Source: Heptranchias perlo
Lineage: Eukaryota
DNA: 64,000 bases
Assembly (NCBI RefSeq): GCF_035084215.1
Contig: NC_090355.1
Location: 21,638,001 to 21,702,000 of the forward strand
Reading direction: 5' to 3'
In this document: positions 57,101 to 64,000 of the stretch, piece by piece
Position numbering within the stretch: position 1 is the stretch's first letter
Layout: each line of letters starts with the position of its first letter
Translations under genes and position numbers: made by a program
Notes under the pieces: generated by a model
Database searches by the model: none
What the model was told of the DNA's origin: nothing
What the model saw: the letters and a program-made list of their open reading frames with translations, nothing else

Positions 57101-60100
57101 TGAATACATACTCTCTTACTGGAGGAAAAAAGGAACTGTTTTATCCACTTCACAACAGCAAATTACTCTGAATCTAATTCTCTTTATTTTTAAAAGTGAG
57201 TTCTAAGTATTTCTTCTTTAAATTAAAAAAAAATAAAGTCCCTGTCTATGCTGGGCTAGCTGATCTCAGCTGGATCAATGGTAGAGATGGCACAATTGGC
57301 TGCAACGTCACTGGGTTAGGGAAACTGGCCAGTGTTCCTGATCACTATCCACCAACTCCTGCTGGAAGTCTAGGCTCACATATGAAGAATGGCTACTGAG
57401 GCAAAGCATCTCTAGATGACTAGGCTATGGAACCATATTCCTGCAGGGAAACAAACTCCTTCAGGAAAAATGGGAAGGGGTGAAGGTTGGAAAAAAAATA
57501 ATAACTGCCAAGTTTTAAAAACACACCAAACAGTTGCTGGCCCATGATCAAAGCCACCGTAGGAACATAGGAACAGGAGTAGGCCATTCAGCCCCTCGAG
57601 CCTGCTCCGCCATTTGATAAGATCATGGCTGATCTGTGATCTAACTCCATATACCTGCCTTTGGCCCATATCCCTTAATACCTTTGGTTGCCAAAAAGCT
57701 ATCTATCTCAGATTTAAATTTAGCAATTGAGCTAGTATCAATTGCCGTTTGCGGAAGAGAGTTCCAAACTTCTACCACCCTTTGTGTGTAGAAATGTTTT
57801 CTAATCTTGCTCCTGAAAGGTCTGGCTCTAATTTTTAGACTGTGCTCGCTACTCCTAGAATCCCCAACCAGCGGAAATAGTTTCTCTCTATCCACCCTAT
57901 CTGTTCCCCTTAATATCTTATAAACTTCGATCAGATCACCCCTTAACCTTCTAAACTCTAGAGAATACAATCTCTCCTCAAAACTTAACCCTTGAAGTCC
58001 GGGTATCATTCTAGTAAACCTACGCTGCACTCCCTCCAAGGCCAATATGTTCTCCCGAAGGTGTGGTGCCCAGAACTGCTCACAGTACTCCAGGTGCGGT
58101 CTAACCAGGGTTTTGTATAGCTGCAGCATAACTTCTGCCCCCTTGTACTCTAGTCCTCTAGATATAAAGGCCAGCATTCCATTAGCCTTATTGATTATTT
58201 TCTGCGCCTGTTCATGACACTTCAATGATCTATGCACCTGAACCCCTAAGTCCCTTTGGACATCCATCTCTATATTATTTTTGATGCTAAGTGTGAGAAT
58301 GTGGATTTTCTTCACGCCTTCAGATCACAGCACACCACACTGCTCCCCTTGAAACAGCCCATTTGGCCTAGAGGAATCTACCATGGATAGCAGTAAGTCC
58401 TTCTAGGCCACCCTGCCCGCTGCCATTACTGTGGATGGTGGAGGAAAGGCTGGATGGACAATGAAACTAAAGCCTGGGGCTGTGACTATTTGGACCTCTA
58501 AGTGGAATGCATTACAGTACAGACTACATCAAATCAAACATGTGCCAGGTGAGTGCTGTGGCCAGGGTTTCTTGGTGAAGCAGGAAGAGCAGGCTCGAGG
58601 GACTGAAAGGAATATAGGAACAGGAGTAGACCAATGTTCCTATGGTGGCTTTGATCATGGGGCCAGCAACTGTTTGGTGTGTTTTTAAAACTTGGCAGTT
58701 TTTATTTTTTTTCCAACCTTCACCCCTTCCCATTTTTCCTTCAAGGAACGGCAATCCTGGCTCAATTTCATTGATTTCCTCCTCTTCCAAGGAAAAAGAA
58801 AATTATGCACACATCTCCTTGAAGAGTCAGCGACCTCTTATTCTTTGGCTGGCATAGGGGTCAACCACCACTGAATGGACCAGGAGGTCAATTTGCTCGT
58901 TGCAAGATTCCATCACTTATGACTTGAAGCAAAATGTGATTTTGATGATATCATCTGATGGTGCCCTGGTTAACAACCTTGAGTTTGACTCCCAATAGGC
59001 ACCATGGCATATTGCATGATAGTCCTTCACCACACGGACTGCAGCGGTTCAAGAAGGCGGCTCACCACCACCTTCTCAAGGGCAATTAGGGATGAGCAAT
59101 AAATGCCAGCCACGCCAGCGACACCCACATCCCATGAACGAATTTTAAAAAGTCCTTTGTGTACAGTCTCTGCCACAACATTCTCTTTGTAACAGATGCA
59201 AAACAAATATATACAGATAAGACCATGAAACTTTTCAAAAATATAAATCTGTGACACATCACTTTATAGCAGTAAACAGATGGGGGAAAATAATTAACCA
59301 GTGTAGCTCGCTCACTATGGCTGAATTTATATTGATCCAGAAACAATGACAGGTGACTTTACACATGGTCACTAAGAAAATAAAACCTGACCATGGTTGT
59401 GTTAAATTAAAGTGCATCCAGCCACATTGTATAGAATTAGCATGTTTAAATTGTACATGTGGCTGAGACAGAAAATAACTTACTTTTCTCTGACTGGCCT
59501 CCAGTAGTTCCTGTCTCTCAATCACCTGCAACTTGAGATCACTCAACTGGTTCTGCACTGCCCCTTCTCTTTCCGCTGTTGAACTTTTATAGGTTTCACT
59601 TTCCATTTGTTGCTGATGCAGCTGTGAAATTACAGCTTCATTATCTAGAGGAATATTAAAAAAAGATTTTCAAAGAAATGGAATGTAATTAAACATATGT
59701 AATTAAGAACCCCTCATCACTTCCACAAGTGAAGCACTATGCAATCTTAAAACTGAAACAACCACAAAATACTTTGGGGACAAAAAACATCTATAAAGAT
59801 TCATCTTTCTCTCATACTATTCAGTCTACTTTCCTGCAGACACAAATATAGAAAATATGTACTATGTGTCTATGAAAAGCCAAAGCTTTGATCCACAATG
59901 CAAAACTGTATCTTCTAATCTCTTTTAACATTCCATATCACACAGCTCCACAGCCTAGGCCTTTGCTGTTTTGTAATTAGCTACTAGAGGGTGCACAAGA
60001 GCAATCCTGGGCAAATCACAATGCAACTTTACCACATTCCTGTGGATAAGCACCTAATCTTTACTCGGCATCTCTTCCTAAACTCACCAAGAAAGCCATT

Positions 60101-63100
60101 TTATGAATAACAGCATTGGACAGTTTGAGCAATACCTGGGTTAGCGCAATCCTGAGACGAACAACAGAGTTGCCGACAACCAATTTGGTATTTTAATGAT
60201 TGTGATGCATGGATTGACTTTTTTCCTTCTAATCTATTGCATTCATATGTGGATTTCATTTTTATTTGTTCAAGTAAAATAGTCAAATGGAGCTTGTACT
60301 ATCACATCTTATCAACATTTTCCAGAGGCCACAGCTAAAGCTAATAATGAACATGTTCCCATACTTAGACCTTAAAATGCATTTCAAGGTTTATATTTTG
60401 TTTTACTATTAATTTGATTTTCTTCAGTTTTCTCTCAAATGTTGTTTTATCTTAAATCAATTATATGTTTCAAACCTTGCTTAAGTTTCTTAAAATCTTC
60501 TTCCATTTTGATTAATTCTTTATCGTTCTGCAAGACTGAAGTATTTTTTTCATCCAGCATTTCTGTCAATTTTGACACCTATCAGTGTGTAAATATAAAC
60601 AAATTCAACTCGTGTTACATTTCTTGGTACAGTTTTACCAGTTGTACAGTACAAGAACCAAATATCTTAGGCAATAGGTTATGAGCAAATGAGCATCATA
60701 ATCACAAATCCCCTTCCCTACAGGAACTGCAGGCTTTCTAATATGAAGAGGCATGGTTACAAAGTCCCTGATACTATGGACCCTCAGACAGACTTCCATT
60801 GATAAACACATGGTGGCCATGTCATGTCAATGTAAGTTCTTTCTGCAGTCAATGGTAGACCAACATTAGGACCAAACCTAACTTTGAAAAGAAACTCCTT
60901 TTATAATTTCTGGTGGTTGCTGAGTCTTGTGCTTAAATTGGTACCCTAACCCTTTAAGCTCCTACATTTCCTAATAAACACCATGCTTGCAATGTACATC
61001 TGACTCTGGTTTATACATTCCTGTATTTATTACTACATCAGTTAATGAGCTTTTAGTTAGCACAAGTTTGACATCAAAGATTACCCAACCCTCGAAGTTT
61101 GAAATATACTAGATTTTAATTATGCATGGAAATTTTTTTTTTTAAGTGCTCCAGTGTACAATGAAACAAATTGTAATTTTACAATTAAAAATACAAAACA
61201 TGTTTTCTTTCATAGGGTACCTAAAAGCCTTCCCATGGCACCAACTAAAGATATACCCTCTTGATGGTCTTATATGTACAGAAAATGTGAGATGGTGGAA
61301 AAAGTGACATGAGGAAACCCAGGTTTGATTAGGGCACTTTCAAGGCAATAGATGTAGTGGAGGTGTTTCAAAAAACAAAAAGACAGGAAAGACTATTTGT
61401 ATAATTAGAGGAATAAAGACAATGTGGTTGTTGCTAGATTTTCCATAATATTTGACCACTTATGTCGTTCTAGAGTCATTTTGCTTCAACAATTACATTT
61501 AAAAACTGCAGCTGTCCAATTAGAAAACCAGAGCAACCAAACTTTATATGGCACAAGTTTTCCTCTTTTTATCTTACAAACACTGTAAGAGGTTAACCCT
61601 CCAGGGAATATGTTCACATTGTGATTTGATGCACAACTCTTAATTTACTCAGTTTCTCTCACATATGTCAGGGAGACAATTGACTCTTTCAACATAAAAA
61701 CAAAACTATATTATTTTGTGTACCCAGAGATACTAAGGTCTTAATTCCACTTAACATTAAACATTGTGTTGGTGTAAAGCAAAGGTCTTTTGCTGAAAAA
61801 TGCAATTAAAAATCCAGTTGTTTGAAATACAATATTTTAAAATGTTTTTAATTGTGAAAACAATATTGTTTTAAAATTGTTCTGATGTTAATTATGCATG
61901 GTTGTAACAGACATAGGTTATTATATTGTAAGAACAAGCATGAAATAAGGAGGCAATTTGTTTCAAAGTCCATTACTTCCAGAAATCACATGTGGTCTAT
62001 TCTATTGTAGATGTTACCCAAATCACTTAGTGTCCTGTGGAAAGTTTCTTCAATTTTTTTCCCTTCTCACCCCCACCCTATTAAATCAAGTCGAAATCCA
62101 AAACATATGTCCAACTTTACATCCTAAATATTCATCCATGACCTTCTGCATCCTTGATTGACAAGATTGTTCCATTTAGCAAGTACTTGATCCTCCTCAT
62201 CTCTATTTATCCTTATAACTAACTTTTCTGTTCCTAATTAGCTTTTCATCCAGCTTTTGTATTAATCAGGTCGTTTTTTTTTAGTTCCACGTGACATTTT
62301 TGATCTTTTCTAACCTTCTCACCCTATATTATTTAGCTCTCCATCTTAGACCAATCTCATGGGATTGTCCCAACTCACCCTACCTGCAAGATTGTCTATC
62401 TGTTCCTTGAAATCTAGGTAACTTTTCTGCAACATGCCCACAAAATGAACAGCAAACTCTGTCTGGTAATTGCTTTAGCTGCTGGACTTATCCTTTGCCT
62501 CCACAAGATCCCACTCCAGTCTTTGGACACAGTAGAACATCACATCAAATTTAAAATATCACGCAAATTTAATTTTACAAAAGATGAACAAGCACATAAA
62601 GTAACACATATAATATTGTTATATATTTACAATAGACATCCTTCCACCTACTTACTCAAGTGGGCAAAATAACAAGACTGTAACTCTCAGAACTAAACCC
62701 ATCTTTTGTAAGTAACGTTGAATTCTAGTGTTTCATTTCCTGGAACTTTTTAACACTGTGGGAGCCTAATTAATGTAAAGTGTTTCTTGGAAATTCAAAC
62801 TGATTTTCCTCAAGTCCAGGAATTTCAGTTCTTTCCCTCAGATTTTCAAACACTCTTTTTCAACAAAACAGCTCTTTTGCAACCTGGAAAAGAGTTACCA
62901 GGACATCCTGGATTTTGAATATTCCATTCAAATTTAAACAGTATCTGTCAGTCATTACGAATGGAATTAATTACACAGCATTGTTTATGTTATTTTTCTT
63001 TCTGGCCTGTAACTGACCAGGATTTAAACTGCAGTCCCTTTTTAAAATGCTTATGTGCTGTGACTGGATTTAAAGGGATGATCACTAAATCAAAACCAGA

Positions 63101-63739
63101 CAAAAAATACCTAATTTTTTAAATCACAAATTTTAATACTAAATTTGAAGTATTTCAGTTATGATAGAATTCTAATTTCTGTTTAGATTTGCAATACATA
63201 TATTGTAGTTAAAAAGAAATAAAAAATATCAGAGGATGAAATTCTATCACTATAGAAGTCCATTAGTCCCATTTGGGTAACAAAGATGAAATTCAGGAAG
63301 TTCACCAACATTGCTGTCAATTTTTCTAGCAAAGTTGACCTCTATCTATAATATATTAAATCTGCTATGTAAGTTGCACATTTTTTAAATTAGGTGTCAC
63401 CGCTCTGACACAGTCACACTGGCAGCTAAACAGTTTGACCACTAGATGGAGCTTCATAAGCCTCAGAAAGTGCAGATTCCTACACCTATACCTACTAATG
63501 CACTCCGATGAATGTGTTTTGTCCTGACTTTCTGTGGGCAAGGCCACAGGAAATCAGCTTGTATAGTGTACCAAGAAAAGTATGCTGAAATTTTTAATAA
63601 GCATTTTATACCATGTACTGCAGCTTTAACACTATTGATCAGAACAAACCTTATGCTGCAGTTCCTCTCTCTGTTTTCTTGTCTCTTCTAAGGCTTTGGC
63701 AATTTCAACACTTACAGTTTCTCTGCTGTTTAATTCTTC
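48081..63739 (-). CDS. GOLGA1: Golgin A1 (golgin-97), 3' part only, 8 coding exons; complement(join(48081..48164,48501..48587,50276..50455,51414..51473,56803..56961,59484..59644,60476..60578,63650..63739)); 5' exons outside the window
   Basis: Coiled-coil exons followed by the GRIP domain [63 protein letters not shown]; splice phases consistent; syntenic. Confidence 0.95.
48501..48587 (-). CDS. GOLGA1: GOLGA1 exon ([29 protein letters not shown])
   Basis: GRIP domain; ttgcAG acceptor, GTAGAG donor. Confidence 0.95.
49400..49860 (+). mobile_element. Old CR1 3' fragment
   Basis: YCVQFWSP-like and GDMIEVFKI motifs. Confidence 0.65.
50276..50455 (-). CDS. GOLGA1: GOLGA1 exon (KMKPEMEP...[21 protein letters not shown])
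   Basis: Start of the GRIP domain with its conserved Tyr; taaAG acceptor, GTGAGT donor. Confidence 0.93.
51414..51473 (-). CDS. GOLGA1: GOLGA1 exon ([20 protein letters not shown])
   Basis: ttcaaAG acceptor, GTAGG donor. Confidence 0.92.
52100..52505 (-). mobile_element. CR1 3' fragment
   Basis: Reverse-complement similarity to 21230-21625. Confidence 0.75.
52710..56175 (+). mobile_element. CR1 LINE, long degenerate copy with ORF1 esterase remnant (GOLGA1 intron, antisense)
   Basis: [38 protein letters not shown]1 3' tail. Confidence 0.9.
56803..56961 (-). CDS. GOLGA1: GOLGA1 exon (VNDLETEV...QQLIEKNK)
   Basis: ggcAG acceptor, GTTAG donor; coiled coil. Confidence 0.9.
57463..58740. repeat. 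~106-bp near-perfect inverted repeat pair (57463-57568 and 58634-58740)
   Basis: Reverse-complement match with about 3 differences by eye. Confidence 0.9.
57560..58265 (-). mobile_element. CR1 LINE 3' fragment
   Basis: Open stretch [10 protein letters not shown]...[14 protein letters not shown]; tail (TTCCTATG)n. Confidence 0.9.
59022..59150 (+). mobile_element. Short 3' end of the 22.7-25.3 kb LINE family
   Basis: CCTTCACCACACGGA...GCTCACCACCACCTT...CCCACATCCCATGAACGAA matches 25153-25271. Confidence 0.8.
59484..59644 (-). CDS. GOLGA1: GOLGA1 exon ([14 protein letters not shown]...EASQRK)
   Basis: ctctAG acceptor, GTAAGT donor; phase matches the upstream exon. Confidence 0.85.
60476..60578 (-). 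CDS. GOLGA1: GOLGA1 exon ([12 protein letters not shown]...KKLKQ)
   Basis: gatAG acceptor, GTTTG donor; coiled coil. Confidence 0.85.
63650..63739 (-). CDS. GOLGA1: GOLGA1 exon ([30 protein letters not shown])
   Basis: tgcAG acceptor, GTTTG donor; resembles recalled human ALEEVRKQREE. Confidence 0.87.
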
Positions 63740-64000
63740 CTGCATTCAAACATTTGAATGTTGTTAGTGTAATTACACTATTAAAAAGTCACAAGGATCA
63801 CATTCAAATTAAGTTTATAACACCCCTAATGCTGCGAAATCTAATGCACATGTTGCACTCCAATTAAATATTTCTGCTCCTATTAATTATGGGGGAGTAA
63901 ATAATCCTGTGTAAATATGATTTGTGTTAGAGAATGAGCAGGCTAAAAATGTTGCTGAGATTTCATAGACAGGTTAATGTGAGAATTCAAGTTCAGTGCT

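Overview
Vertebrate genomic DNA, most likely a shark or other chondrichthyan (inferred from the CR1/Deu-SINE/HE1-like/Penelope repeat content). It holds four spliced protein-coding genes in the same order and orientation as human 9q33.3: WDR38 (+, 9 coding exons, 307 aa, complete), RPL35 (-, 4 exons, 123 aa, complete), ARPC5L (+, 4 exons, 150 aa, complete, first intron U12-type AT-AC) and the last 8 coding exons of GOLGA1/golgin-97 (-, GRIP domain, 5' part outside the window). RPL35 and ARPC5L share a ~0.5 kb bidirectional CpG-island promoter. Introns and intergenic DNA are filled with CR1-type LINEs, SINEs, a Gypsy pol relic, MITE-like elements and Harbinger-like relics. The most unusual structures are two related Penelope-like insertions carrying minimal hammerhead-ribozyme motifs on both strands: a 1.5 kb GIY-YIG element with 213-bp inverted repeats, and a 217-bp protein-free palindromic hairpin. 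Their ribozyme stem II differs by a compensatory base-pair swap. Two unexplained local duplications (one direct, one inverted) are also present. All calls were made by reading the sequence; no searches were run, and repeat boundaries are approximate.
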